64,000 nt of DNA from Bugula neritina (Eukaryota; Animalia; Bryozoa): positions 30,010,640 through 30,074,639 of the forward strand of contig OZ037766.1 of NCBI GenBank assembly GCA_964035545.1. Direction: 5' to 3'. Of the stretch, positions 12,929 through 27,359 are shown piece by piece. The position numbers and the translations under genes were made by a program. The notes under the pieces were generated by a model. The model was not told where the DNA came from and did not search any database. It was given only the letters and a program-made list of their open reading frames with translations. Each line of letters opens with the position of its first letter. The first letter of the stretch is position 1.

Positions 12929-14022
12929 ATGAGGAAGAGCATAGCCTGTGGTCTACTATTGGCAGCAGTTTTTGCTGTCTCTGTTGATCTGAGTGATGCA
13001 ACTTGTGGACGTAAGTAAAATATGGACTTATCAAATCCTAATTTCAGAGTTGAAAATATTAATTAAATGCTTATCATCAATTACTATATTATAGTATATA
13101 CAAAGTATTAGCTAATATTTATGCATATAAGCTAACTTTAATGAGTTTCTAAGCGTTTGAGCAATAAATTGTCGTATTAAAACAAATGATAGTTTTTAAG
13201 TCCAATAAAAACATTTGTTTGAGTTTGAAAAGTTAATGAGACAGTAGAACTGTATTAAAAACTAAACATTTGTAATCTACAAAAAATTTCTTTCATATTT
13301 AATAAAAAAATTATCCCTATCCTAAATGACATGATATTTAATGTTTAAAAAGTTTAGTTTAATCCCGAGTATTTTTTCAGATGGAGTAAACTGCCCCAGT
13401 GGGTATCTCCACAATCCACATTCTAGCACCTGCTACAAAATTGTTACATTGTCAAAGAACTGGGATAATGCCAAAGCCTACTGTGAAGGAAATGGAGACA
13501 GACTTGCTGTGTTTGACAGTACTGACTCTATTTCTTGGGCTAAACACATGAGAAAAACTCACTCAGGTAAATTACTATAATATAACTTTCAAAATATATT
13601 ATGATAAAACGTTTGCTTTTTTGAGTGCACATTTATATTGAAATATAGCTCCCCTATCATAGTTCGAGCAAAAATGGTTTATATTATTGCAATGAAATAA
13701 AAGTAATACTCCGATATTTTTGTTTAAGAAAAAAAGATCATTGGCTAGAGCTAATATAGAAAATATTTTTACCCTATTTTATGCAGCATGGAAAGGGCAT
13801 ATCAACAAATACATTTGGATTGGCGGAAGAAACTATCATGGTGTCTGGCAATGGGATGGGAAACTCAAGAAAGACATAGTTGTAGAGGACTGGTACCCCC
13901 AACGCCCCAACAATTTAGGAGGTCCTCAAGACTGTCTCGGTCTATTTGCTGATAGTAATGACCTCAAGTGGGATGATGGAACCTGCACTTCTGCGGAATA
14001 TTTTATGTGTGAAAAATATTAA
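12929..14022 (+). CDS. Secreted C-type lectin A, copy 2 (exons 12929-13010, 13381-13566, 13787-14022)
   Basis: Repeat-unit copy of 3934-5027; identical ORF translations. Confidence 0.95.
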
Positions 14023-14373
14023 CTAATAGAATAATTCAAACACTCTTTCTGTTTGTCACATCACAATAGCATGTATGTACTTTCAATAATGATCGAAGTT
14101 TTCTTTTGACAAGTGATAAATTTTTGCATTGTTTTAAAAATAAATATATTCATGCAGAGTATATTCAGCTAATTGTGTCTTTACAAAACTAAAGTTATAT
14201 CAGATACATTTTGCATTAACGGAAAGCAAATAATTATAATTCATTATAGTTGATCTTACCTTTAAAAAGAATTTTCAAAACTTAAAATTCAATTCTTTAA
14301 GCATTTTTGAATGTTAATACCTTTACATATCTTTATAAACATTAATAAAATAACCTTTGAATTATTGTAAAAA

Positions 14374-14595
14374 GGGAGCAGCCATGGTCTAGGGGTTAGA
14401 GCGTTTGCCTAGTAAACATGAAGTCATGGGTTCGAGCCCTGACAAAGGCCATTGGTAATGTTAGGAAAAGCACATAGTCATAATTGTTCCCGTGCCTCAT
14501 TTAAATAAGTCCTTAGCTCCTTTTAACAAAAACCCTTTCTATCACAGATTTCTCACAGGGATAGCAACGATAAACTTGCGTGAGTTGTTTTTGTT
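14374..14595 (+). mobile_element. tRNA-derived SINE, copy 2
   Basis: Repeat-unit copy of 5379-5600. Confidence 0.85.
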
Positions 14596-14635
14596 GAATC
14601 ATTTTAAGAATTTATATTATAAGAATTATATATAC

Positions 14636-14779
<144 letters not shown>

Positions 14780-16818
14780 ATATATGGCTATCACGGCTAG
14801 CACCATCGCAGCAAGCATATGCATCGTGCCATAATGTATGGAGAGGGAGACTGAGGAGTTGTCCTTTCGATAATAATACTACAAAATCTCTACATCATAA
14901 TTATTTTCTCTGATCTAGTTAAAACCTCTTAGATACAGGGTATTGAAAATTTAGTTTGCTCGTTTCAGCCATGAAAATTTTTTTAAAACTCTCATAACTG
15001 CATTTTGTAAATTTGACAATTGCAAATTTGCAGTGTATATTTAAAAACTAAAAACCTTGTGAACCGATAACTTAGTGTTTAGATGCATGTTCATAAGTGT
15101 TATAATGGCACATAGAGTTCACTTCTTATTAGCTATAATTAGTAGTTATATAATGATTTCTATGTGAATCATGCATTTCCTTCTTATTGTCATAGTCAGC
15201 ATCTATATATAATGCTTGTGTATATATAGTTATTGCTTATAAACGGTTAGTAATAGTTGCTATAATAGATTCCAAAGTGCTATTGCCATCTTATATTCAT
15301 AGTAGTTGTACCAAATAAATCAACATGTAATACATTACAAGTCAGCACCATCTTGTCACACACAATCACACATACCATTATACCAATAAGCTAGCTTAGT
15401 TTGTATACTTGTAGAATTCCAGTGCCTTTAAATGCTATTGACTAAAACTTTTAAACTTCTATCATTACTAATCCAGTTGCATACCATTGACAAAAAAAGA
15501 CATGAACTAAATAAGTAGTTCATTGAACAATATTAAACTTTTAAATTCTATCTTCATTTGTGCTTTGATGCAAAGCACTGAACTTACGAAACTTATTCAA
15601 CAGGTGGTTAATGGAATTTCATTTTTTTTTAACTTTTTGTGATGCTGTTAAACAAATTATAGTCGTTTTCTATTCAATTACAACCTTATCTAATAAAGCA
15701 TCTACAGAATTGCACTACTATAGGAAACCATGCAGGCTGATATACGTTTTGGATAATTTGCATTCAATTTGTTCATTAAACTATCAATTTAGTAATCTGA
15801 TATGCTCATTTGCTACTCACCCAACGCTGTCAGAGCTGACCAAATTATGTTAGAATTTGCTGTTATGCTAGTTGAGCAAGGCAGAGAGAAGCAATGGCAA
15901 CAATATCAACAAAAAAATCAGGCTTGTCACTTTTGGGAATAAAAAGTTATAAAGCTGTTTATAATAAAATCTTAAAGAATTTACAAGAGTCAAGTGAAAA
16001 CAGTTTTTGACTTGCTGCTTCAACATGTAGGTTCTGCAAATGCTAAAAACACAATGGCTGAATACTTATTTTATTTCTCGTCTATTAAAGTAAAAATTAC
16101 AAATCTAAGTCAATAAGTTTTCTCATAAATTTACTGGCTCATACCCCCATGACCGTTGTGACCCAGTTACCCCTACACACCATGTGCAACAAATTAAGAC
16201 TGAAAATTGAAACTAGTTTTAAGTCATTATAAAATTTTACCAGGCCGTGGTATTTTCTAGTGATTGTTATAAATATGTAAAGGAAAAAAGGCTGAGAGGG
16301 AAACATGCAATGATGAAGTGCATTCAACTGTCATATATATACTGCGTGGTAATTTGTATGTGTTTGAGGCTCATGATGAAAAACCATCATGGATTCATAT
16401 ATCCCAATTTGCAAAAAGCTTAAGAGAAAACATAAAAAGCCCAACAAAATTAGAAAAAGTTTAATTATTTATTTATGTTGTATTTTTTAGCATTTTATTA
16501 GTTTAGGGCAAACACATTCTGTATATTAGCAGCTAAATTGCAAAAAATAGCCAAAAAACAGAGAGATCGAGTGTGCACTAAAGAAAGTAAAATGGCCCTG
16601 ATTGAGTTCTACATATGGTTTATGATGTTCGATTCAAACGCATGCAAACATGCTTTATTGTGCATGACAGCATATTAACATATAATAAACGTATTTATCT
16701 CCTTTGCAATATCTAGCCAGTTGTGATTGTTTAGGCTACTCTATATATGATACTTATTTAAATATTGTTCTACAGCAGATTTTAGTTTTTTTAATATATA
16801 TATATATATATATATACA

Positions 16819-16885
<67 letters not shown>

Positions 16886-17008
16886 ATATACCAAGTAATT
16901 GGTTGTAGAAAAATGCTTGAAACAAACAAAAAGTTCCAAAAGCAAAGAAAAATAAATAAAAAACAAAAATTATAATTTTTGAAGCCTTTTAATATAGTAT
17001 ATTTATAC

Positions 17009-18094
17009 TTAATATTTTTCACACATAAAATAATGCGCAGCAGTGCAGGTTCCATCATCCCATTGAAGATTCTGATTGTTAGCAAATAGACCGAGACAGT
17101 CTTGAGGGCCTCCCGCATTGTTGGGACGTTGAGGGTACCAATCCTCTACAACTATGTCTTTCTCGAGTTTCCCATCCCATTGCCAGACCCCTTGATAGTT
17201 TCTTCCGCCAATCCAGATGTATTTGTTGATATGCCCTTTCCATGCTGCATATAAGATAAGATAAAATATAGATGTATTTCACTAGCAGCTTTGTGCAATC
17301 CTAAATGCAAGACTATAATATTATTGTTATTTTGCTGATGTTATTTGCCATAATCTAGACTAAAGCTCGTTTCAAGAAGCATAATATATATAACTATTCC
17401 AATATGATTGTGCACTCAAATCCACAATATATCTTTAAAAATTATGAGAATTCACCTGAGTGAGTTTTCCTCATATGTTTAGCCCAGGATATAGAGTCAG
17501 TACTATCAAACACAGCCAGTCTGTCTCCATTTCCTTCACAGTAGGCTTTGGCATCATTCCATTTCTTTGACAACGTAACAATTTTGTAGCAGGTGCTAGA
17601 ATGTGGATTGTAGATATAGCCACTGGGGCAGTTTACTCCATCTGAAAAAAATATATATTTAGAATGAGCCAAAAATTTTAAACTCAAAATATCAAGTCAT
17701 GTAAGATACAAGTATTATCTTTTATGTGTGACAACATTTTGTGTCAATTATAACAAGCGTTTGATGATTTTTGCAATAGTCAAAAACCATTAATAATTAA
17801 TACAACTATTGCTTTTTTAATTTTCCACATTTCTGCTAATCCGTTCATTAAAATTGTAAAAAAATAATTAGTTCTAATACGTTTATTTATTTCAAGAGCA
17901 ATGCAAGAACTTATTAAATTTGGTAAATTCTCAACAGTTTAGTTTTACATCTATTAACATTTTATTTGCAATTCTAAACTTGAACCCTATATAAGAACTT
18001 TGCTTTACTTACGTCCACATGTTGCATCACTCAGATCAAAACAGACAGCAATAATTGCTGCCAATAGTAGACCACAGGCTATGCTCTTCTTCAT
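17009..18094 (-). CDS. Secreted C-type lectin B, copy 2 (exons 18094-18013, 17641-17456, 17244-17009)
   Basis: Copy of 8024-9109; has Gly (GGA) where copy 1 has Arg (AGA) at the start of exon 2. Confidence 0.94.
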
Positions 18095-18737
18095 AGTAAT
18101 AGTTTTAGTTTCTCTTGTAGTGTATAACTGATTTTCAGTACTGATGTGCTTATCACATCTCAACACTCTCCCTTATATACCAAATCTCAATGTGATTACC
18201 AAGTAACTTAGCTACCTGATTGGTTGTTTTTTGTCCAGTAAACCGTAAATATATTGCAAAACCATCACTAAACATTATTTTTTATATATGACTAAATAAA
18301 TTATGTCTCTTATACGTATGTAGTTATGACAATTTTCTAGGTCTTGTTTTTTTAAATTAGCATCAGAAATTATCTTTCAAAAATTGTACATTGCATGAAA
18401 GCCCAACAAAAAATTAATTATAATATTTCATTGCATTATATTCTAGTAAACAACATCTGTTAGATTTATAATTGAGTGTAAAAGACATTGTTAAAATTAT
18501 TAGCTTAAAATTTCTGCTAATACAAAAGCTAGACTAGACACTGCTTCTTGCTACTTGAAGAATCTCTGACAGACTCCATTAATGCATTGCTAAGATGTTG
18601 ATATAGATTTAAGCTGTCATGTCTATAAACTGTTTATTTGAAGGCTTTATGCTCAATAAAAAGTTTTAATGTAGACTTTGTGTAGAAATATATATATATA
18701 TTATCAAGAAAAAGAGCAATTTAATTAGATATTATTT

Positions 18738-18795
18738 TATTGTGCTACTAATTACTATTAGTTTCATTCCTCTGCAGCACTCTTCAGGCACAATA
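18738..18795 (-). ncRNA. Type I hammerhead ribozyme motif (copy 3)
   Basis: Identical to 758-815. Confidence 0.8.
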
Positions 18796-19692
18796 TTGAA
18801 TTCAAATTTTACATTAAGAAAATCAACATGCTAAACGTACAATGTAAAACATAACACAAACATAGCAGTGGCTTTGGTGTTATATAGGTTTGTAAGTGTT
18901 TTTAAATATATAAAAAACATAATGTAAAAACACAATTGATAGTAGATGAAGTTGTTGTTGGGTGACTATGCTCTGTGGGTATTTGGATATTATTTAATTG
19001 CTACAGTACATATAATATAAATACAGAGTCTCTATAGGTTTTATGGTTGCACAGTAAGAGTTTTTTTGAGTGTCGGCAGGTTGATAAGAGTTCGTTTCGC
19101 TTGTTTAGAGTACACATGGTAGGTTTGTATAAAATAAAAAAACATTCCCACAGGCATAAATTACACCTTTTGGTAATTGTGTTGTATGGTTTTGCTTTCC
19201 TCAACATTTTCCAACTTATATTGCGTTTAATGTTTTTGTTAGTTAGTTGCCAAGTGTATTTGCTAAGTTCTGTTTGATTTGCTTTTTCTTTGTTTTTAAA
19301 TGATGATTTGTGGTTTGCGTATCTTAGTTTGAACGGTCCTTCACTCAGGCCAATGTATGTTGCAGGCTCGTTTTCGGTAGTTTCTACAGTTGCTTGGTAT
19401 ATTACTCTGCTCTCCTGACAGTTTTCTTCCAGTGTACAACTTTCTTTTTCTCTGCAGTTGCAGTTTTTTCTGGGGGTTTTGTTTTGTTGCTTCTGTTTCT
19501 CTGTTTTTCTGATATTCTGTTTTTGTGGGCGTCTAAATTATGGTCTGTTTTATGTTTGGCATGCAGCTGTAGCTAACTTTTATATTGTTTTTGTTGATTA
19601 TTTTATAGAGTGGATGTTCAGATTTTAAAGAAGTTTTTTTGCAATTTTTGTGGTTACATATTGGCTGTGTGTTGGATTGTACCAATCTACTT
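18738..19692 (-). mobile_element. Penelope-like GIY-YIG element fragment (copy 3)
   Basis: Repeat-unit copy of 758-1712. Confidence 0.88.
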
Positions 19693-21913
19693 TTTTATAT
19701 TATATATATGTTCAACCATTCAACCACTGAGCATTATAACCTATGAAATCTCAAAATGGTAATAAAGTCTGCTTTGTCCTTTCTTCGACCATAAAAATTA
19801 ATCTTTTTAACCTAAAAGGTGAACCCTAAGCTTTGCATATACATTTTATATTTATTCAAACATATTATACAACGTGCCCATAAATTTTTTGTCAAAATTT
19901 CATCTGCTCCTACAAAATAAAAATCGGAGATGCATTTTATGTGGTGGTGACACATTTAGAACTTTGTTTACCAGATTAATTTGTCTGCAATTTTATTGGC
20001 TAATATGTTCTCACAAGGCTAATACTAATTGGCTTGCACAGCAGAGTTTTATTGATGATGAAGTTTTCCTTAAATTAAGGTGATGCAATCAAATACCAAA
20101 TAGCTAAACGATCATGATAATGACATGGTATACATAATATTAATGGCCTGCGAGATATACTTAATATATGCAAATCGTTCATTACACTAAAAACCATTAG
20201 AACAGGATTCTACATGGTTTAATGTCAAAAAGTCATGCCATTAATTATCTTGTCACTGAGTAATTGTTGACAATAAAACACAAGCTATCTTTTAGCCAAT
20301 AAAATAGCTGGTTTATATGATATATTGAGTAACAGGTTGCTCAACTATAGTGATGATGCATGACAAAAATGAATTTTTTCGTGATGACATCAGTAATATT
20401 ATGTATATTATAAATTACTAGTGAAAAGCTATAATTTATACTTTCATCATTTAGTCTCAGTGCAGCTGCTCTAATTATTGGTATTAATAAAATTATATTG
20501 TAAGCACTAAGAGATGACGCATATATATATGCTTCAAATCAGAAAATAAAATTCTAATTTTCTTCTCCCATATATAGTACTTAAGGTATTTAGAAATTTT
20601 TTTTGAACGGCATCTTTAAAACAATTCATTTTTTCAGTCTAACTTTTAATAGCCATATCAGCTACTGTGTAATCAATTAGGTGGTAGAATGCGTAGAATC
20701 AACTCTCTTGCATTGAAAATAAATATTATATTATAGACCTTCAATTAATGCTTTCTTTTAACTTTAACTACAATTAAATTTGTATACATATTCTCCTTAT
20801 AATACTAAATAATTCAAGTGATCAATAATACCAATGAAGTATTTTGATCTTATATTTAATTTTACCAACATTTCATAAAAGCAGCTATTCATTCAACCAG
20901 GTACCAACTCAGCTTTTTGCAAGCCACAGGCCACTACTGAGTAGTATTTGAGTTAAAAATCAAACAAATTTATATTGCTAAGCGAATCTTACCACGAATC
21001 AACATAAATAACTGCATATCTATGTGCATGATGAAGATATAGCACCTTTGTGTATTATAATATTATCTGTACTTCATACAGTTGAATGAAAAAAAGATTT
21101 TCCCAATAAAACACAGATTATTAGAACTTTAGTTTCAATGCTTAGGTTGAAATATAAAATAATTACAAAATAGAAGATGTGACACAGATGACTACTTTAT
21201 ATTTTTACCACTTGAAGAGTAAGTTATTAACTAGGCAAATTACTCATAATCTGGATCATTAAATATGGAACTGATCACTGGGTAAGGACCTATAAATCTG
21301 ACAATTAATCTCTATAATACGATATGAACGCAGAAGTAGCATACACTATTTTTCAACAGCCTGCTATAACTGTAACATATTATCATTACAGGATGTTCCA
21401 ATTTTACAATTTTACTTTCTTTATTAGTGTGGTATTAAAACTTAAATAATGCTGATATAGTGTAAAAATGCAAATATTTCACCAAAAGCTTGACGGGGTG
21501 ATTTTAATATGTTGACTACAAGTTGCTTACTAAAGTATACTTTCAACTTTTACCTTTCACCACTATGTCCCCATAAGTCAAGTAGCTGATACAACTTGCT
21601 TGCTGTTTATCTATAATTGATTAGTTTGATGGGCTGAAGAAAAGACAATCTGCATATTGTCATTAATTGTAGCTATCTTACAAATCTTATTTTTATTTTA
21701 AAGTCATCCTGCTATGACTCACTATAAACACTTATGTTGCAAATTATATTTAGCAATAATTTGGTAATGAAGCTCCTAGAACATCAACCAATCAGATAGC
21801 TGAGTTACATGGTAATCGCTTAAAGATTTGGTATATAAGGAGAAGGTTGAGATTTAATAAACAAATCAGTACTGAATATCAGTTACACTACAAGAGAAAC
21901 TAGAACTATTACT

Positions 21914-23007
21914 ATGAGGAAGAGCATAGCCTGTGGTCTACTATTGGCAGCAGTTTTTGCTGTCTCTGTTGATCTGAGTGATGCAACTTGTGGACGTAAG
22001 TAAAATATGGACTTATCAAATCCTAATTTCAGAGTTGAAAATATTAATTAAATGCTTATCATCAATTACTATATTATAGTATATACAAAGTATTAGCTAA
22101 TATTTATGCATATAAGCTAACTTTAATGAGTTTCTAAGCGTTTGAGCAATAAATTGTCGTATTAAAACAAATGATAGTTTTTAAGTCCAATAAAAACATT
22201 TGTTTGAGTTTGAAAAGTTAATGAGACAGTAGAACTGTATTAAAAACTAAACATTTGTAATCTACAAAAAATTTCTTTCATATTTAATAAAAAAATTATC
22301 CCTATCCTAAATGACATGATATTTAATGTTTAAAAAGTTTAGTTTAATCCCGAGTATTTTTTCAGATGGAGTAAACTGCCCCAGTGGGTATCTCCACAAT
22401 CCACATTCTAGCACCTGCTACAAAATTGTTACATTGTCAAAGAACTGGGATAATGCCAAAGCCTACTGTGAAGGAAATGGAGACAGACTTGCTGTGTTTG
22501 ACAGTACTGACTCTATTTCTTGGGCTAAACACATGAGAAAAACTCACTCAGGTAAATTACTATAATATAACTTTCAAAATATATTATGATAAAACGTTTG
22601 CTTTTTTGAGTGCACATTTATATTGAAATATAGCTCCCCTATCATAGTTCGAGCAAAAATGGTTTATATTATTGCAATGAAATAAAAGTAATACTCCGAT
22701 ATTTTTGTTTAAGAAAAAAAGATCATTGGCTAGAGCTAATATAGAAAATATTTTTACCCTATTTTATGCAGCATGGAAAGGGCATATCAACAAATACATT
22801 TGGATTGGCGGAAGAAACTATCATGGTGTCTGGCAATGGGATGGGAAACTCAAGAAAGACATAGTTGTAGAGGACTGGTACCCCCAACGCCCCAACAATT
22901 TAGGAGGTCCTCAAGACTGTCTCGGTCTATTTGCTGATAGTAATGACCTCAAGTGGGATGATGGAACCTGCACTTCTGCGGAATATTTTATGTGTGAAAA
23001 ATATTAA
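21914..23007 (+). CDS. Secreted C-type lectin A, copy 3 (exons 21914-21995, 22366-22551, 22772-23007)
   Basis: Repeat-unit copy of 3934-5027. Confidence 0.95.
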
Positions 23008-23358
23008 CTAATAGAATAATTCAAACACTCTTTCTGTTTGTCACATCACAATAGCATGTATGTACTTTCAATAATGATCGAAGTTTTCTTTTGACAAGTG
23101 ATAAATTTATGCATTGTTTTAAAAATAAATATATTCATGCAGAGTATATTCAGCTAATTGTGTCTTTACAAAACTAAAGTTATATCAGATACATTTTGCA
23201 TTAACGGAAAGCAAATAATTATAATTCATTATAGTTGATCTTACCTTTAAAAAGAATTTTCAAAACTTAAAATTCAATTCTTTAAGCATTTTTGAACGTT
23301 AATACCTTTACATATCTTTATAAACATTAATAAAATAACCTTTGAATTATTGTAAAAA

Positions 23359-23580
23359 GGGAGCAGCCATGGTCTAGGGGTTAGAGCGTTTGCCTAGTAA
23401 ACATGAAGTCATGGGTTCGAGCCCTGACAAAGGCCATTGGTAATGTTAGGAAAAGCACATAGTCATAATTGTTCCCGTGCCTCATTTAAATAAGTCCTTA
23501 GCTCCTTTTAACAAAAACCCTTTCTATCACAGATTTCTCACAGGGATAGCAACGATAAACTTGCGTGAGTTGTTTTTGTT
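23359..23580 (+). mobile_element. tRNA-derived SINE, copy 3
   Basis: Repeat-unit copy of 5379-5600. Confidence 0.85.
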
Positions 23581-23620
23581 GAATCATTTTAAGAATTTAT
23601 ATTATAAGAATTATATATAC

Positions 23621-23794
<174 letters not shown>

Positions 23795-25834
23795 ATATAT
23801 GGCTATCACGGCTAGCACCATCGCAGCAAGCATATGCATCGTGCCATAATGTATGGAGAGGGAGACTGAGGAGTTGTCCTTTCGATAATAATACTACAAA
23901 ATCTCTACATCATAATTATTTTCTCTGATCTAGTTAAAACCTCTTAGATACAGGGTATTGAAAATTTAGTTTGCTCGTTTCAGCCATGAAAATTTTTTTA
24001 AAACTCTCATAACTGCATTTTGTAAATTTGACAATTGCAAATTTGCAGTGTATATTTAAAAACTAAAAACCTTGTGAACCGATAACTTAGTGTTTAGATG
24101 CATGTTCATAAGTGTTATAATGGCACATAGAGTTCACTTCTTATTAGCTATAATTAGTAGTTATATAATGATTTCTATGTGAATCATGCATTTCCTTCTT
24201 ATTGTCATAGTCAGCATCTATATATAATGCTTGTGTATATATAGTTATTGCTTATAAACGGTTAGTAATAGTTGCTATAATAGATTCCAAAGTGCTATTG
24301 CCATCTTATATTCATAGTAGTTGTACCAAATAAATCAACATGTAATACATTACAAGTCAGCACCATCTTGTCACACACAATCACACATACCATTATACCA
24401 ATAAGCTAGCTTAGTTTGTATACTTGTAGAATTCCAGTGCCTTTAAATGCTATTGACTAAAACTTTTAAACTTCTATCATTACTAATCCAGTTGCATACC
24501 ATTGACAAAAAAAGACATGAACTAAATAAGTAGTTCATTGAACAATATTAAACTTTTAAATTCTATCTTCATTTGTGCTTTGATGCAAAGCACTGAACTT
24601 ACGAAACTTATTCAACAGGTGGTTAATGGAATTTCATTTTTTTTTTAACTTTTTGTGATGCTGTTAAACAAATTATAGTCGTTTTCTATTCAATTACAAC
24701 CTTATCTAATAAAGCATCTACAGAATTGCACTACTATAGGAAACCATGCAGGCTGATATACGTTTTGGATAATTTGCATTCAATTTGTTCATTAAACTAT
24801 CAATTTAGTAATCTGATATGCTCATTTGCTACTCACCCAACGCTGTCAGAGCTGACCAAATTATGTTAGAATTTGCTGTTATGCTAGTTGAGCAAGGCAG
24901 AGAGAAGCAATGGCAACAATATCAACAAAAAAATCAGGCTTGTCACTTTTGGGAATAAAAAGTTATAAAGCTGTTTATAATAAAATCTTAAAGAATTTAC
25001 AAGAGTCAAGTGAAAACAGTTTTTGACTTGCTGCTTCAACATGTAGGTTCTGCAAATGCTAAAAACACAATGGCTGAATACTTATTTTATTTCTCGTCTA
25101 TTAAAGTAAAAATTACAAATCTAAGTCAATAAGTTTTCTCATAAATTTACTGGCTCATACCCCCATGACCGTTGTGACCCAGTTACCCCTACACACCATG
25201 TGCAGCAAATTAAGACTGAAAATTGAAACTAGTTTTAAGTCATTATAAAATTTTACCAGGCCGTGGTATTTTCTAGTGATTGTTATAAATATGTAAAGGA
25301 AAAAAGGCTGAGAGGGAAACATGCAATGATGAAGTGCATTCAACTGTCATATATATACTGCGTGGTAATTTGTATGTGTTTGAGGCTCATGATGAAAAAC
25401 CATCATGGATTCATATATCCCAATTTGCAAAAAGCTTAAGAGAAAACATAAAAAGCCCAACAAAATTAGAAAAAGTTTAATTATTTATTTATGTTGTATT
25501 TTTTAGCATTTTATTAGTTTAGGGCAAACACATTCTGTATATTAGCAGCTAAATTGCAAAAAATAGCCAAAAAACAGAGAGATCGAGTGTGCACTAAAGA
25601 AAGTAAAATGGCCCTGATTGAGTTCTACATATGGTTTATGATGTTCGATTCAAACGCATGCAAACATGCTTTATTGTGCATGACAGCATATTAACATATA
25701 ATAAACGTATTTATCTCCTTTGCAATATCTAGCCAGTTGTGATTGTTTAGGCTACTCTATATATGATACTTATTTAAATATTGTTCTACAGCAGATTTTA
25801 GTTTTTTTAATATATATATATATATATATATACA

Positions 25835-25919
<85 letters not shown>

Positions 25920-26042
25920 ATATACCAAGTAATTGGTTGTAGAAAAATGCTTGAAACAAACAAAAAGTTCCAAAAGCAAAGAAAAATAAATAAAAAACAA
26001 AAATTATAATTTTTGAAGCCTTTTAATATAGTATATTTATAC

Positions 26043-27359
26043 TTAATATTTTTCACACATAAAATAATGCGCAGCAGTGCAGGTTCCATCATCCCATTGA
26101 AGATTCTGATTGTTAGCAAATAGACCGAGACAGTCTTGAGGGCCTCCCGCATTGTTGGGACGTTGAGGGTACCAATCCTCTACAACTATGTCTTTCTCGA
26201 GTTTCCCATCCCATTGCCAGACCCCTTGATAGTTTCTTCCGCCAATCCAGATGTATTTGTTGATATATGCCTTCCATACTGCATCAAATTATTAAGTAGC
26301 AACTATTAGGATATACACATACACATACACATACTGAATATTATCAATCAACAAACATCATTCAAATGCTTCTGGCTGCAGTTTTTCTCTCAAAGCTCAC
26401 TTACTAATTCTGTTAATCCGGAGGAATTCAAATAATCTATACTAAAACTTATGTGAAAATATATTTTTCTGTTCAAGAACTGTTATGAAATGTTACTATA
26501 CACCATATATTCAGTAATCGTGCTTCTGAAAACTGTATTTAAAGTTTTTAGTTAATAACGAGTAAAACTGTTTTGTAGAACTTTACCTGAGTGAGTTTTT
26601 CTCATCTGTCTAGCCCAGGATATAGACTCAAGGCTGTCAAACACAGCCAGTCTGTCTCCATTCTCTTCACAATAGGCTTTAGCATCATCCCATTTCTTTA
26701 AAAATGGAAAAATTTTGTAGCAGGTGCTGGAATGTGGATTGTAGATATATCCACTGGGACAGCTTACTCCATCTGAAAACCAGATATAATCTAATAATAG
26801 GTTCTTTAGGTTTAAAATATTTTTTTATCATTAATGACATTATTTTAAAGTTTCAAAGCTCTTTATAATGTAGGTATAATGTATAATGTCTATAAATAAT
26901 ATAATATAAAAATAAATATATTTTTAAATATATCTATATAGCATATATTTCCTAATAATATTTATTCACTTAGAATTTGACAAAAAATTCTTTGAAACAA
27001 TTTTTGATCTCGATCACAAACTGAATAATAAGCTTTGTAATCATTTTTTCTAAATGCAGTTAAACATAATAGTTTTCGCGAAATGCCAAAACATCACAGC
27101 CATATATTACTATCTGCACTAAATATATTTGCAGCAAAATTCTGATTATTAACGTAAGTTCTTATTCTTCTTTTTTCGAATTGGATATTAAAAATACTAC
27201 TTACGTCCAAAAGCTGGATCACCCAAATCAACCGAGACAGCAATAACTTGAGACCTAATAACTACAGTTCTACTTACGTTCACAAGTTGCATCACTCAGA
27301 TCAAAACAGACAGCAATAACTGCTGCCAGTAGCAGACCACAGGCTATACTCTTCCTCAT
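26043..27359 (-). CDS. Secreted C-type lectin C (167 aa; exons 27359-27278, 26772-26587, 26278-26043)
   Basis: MRKSIACGLLLAAVIAVCFDLSDATCEH-GVSCPSGYIYNPHSSTCYKIFPFLKKWDDAKAYCEENGDRLAVFDSLESISWARQMRKTHS-VWKAYINKYIWIGG...; same exon sizes and canonical splice sites. Confidence 0.92.
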
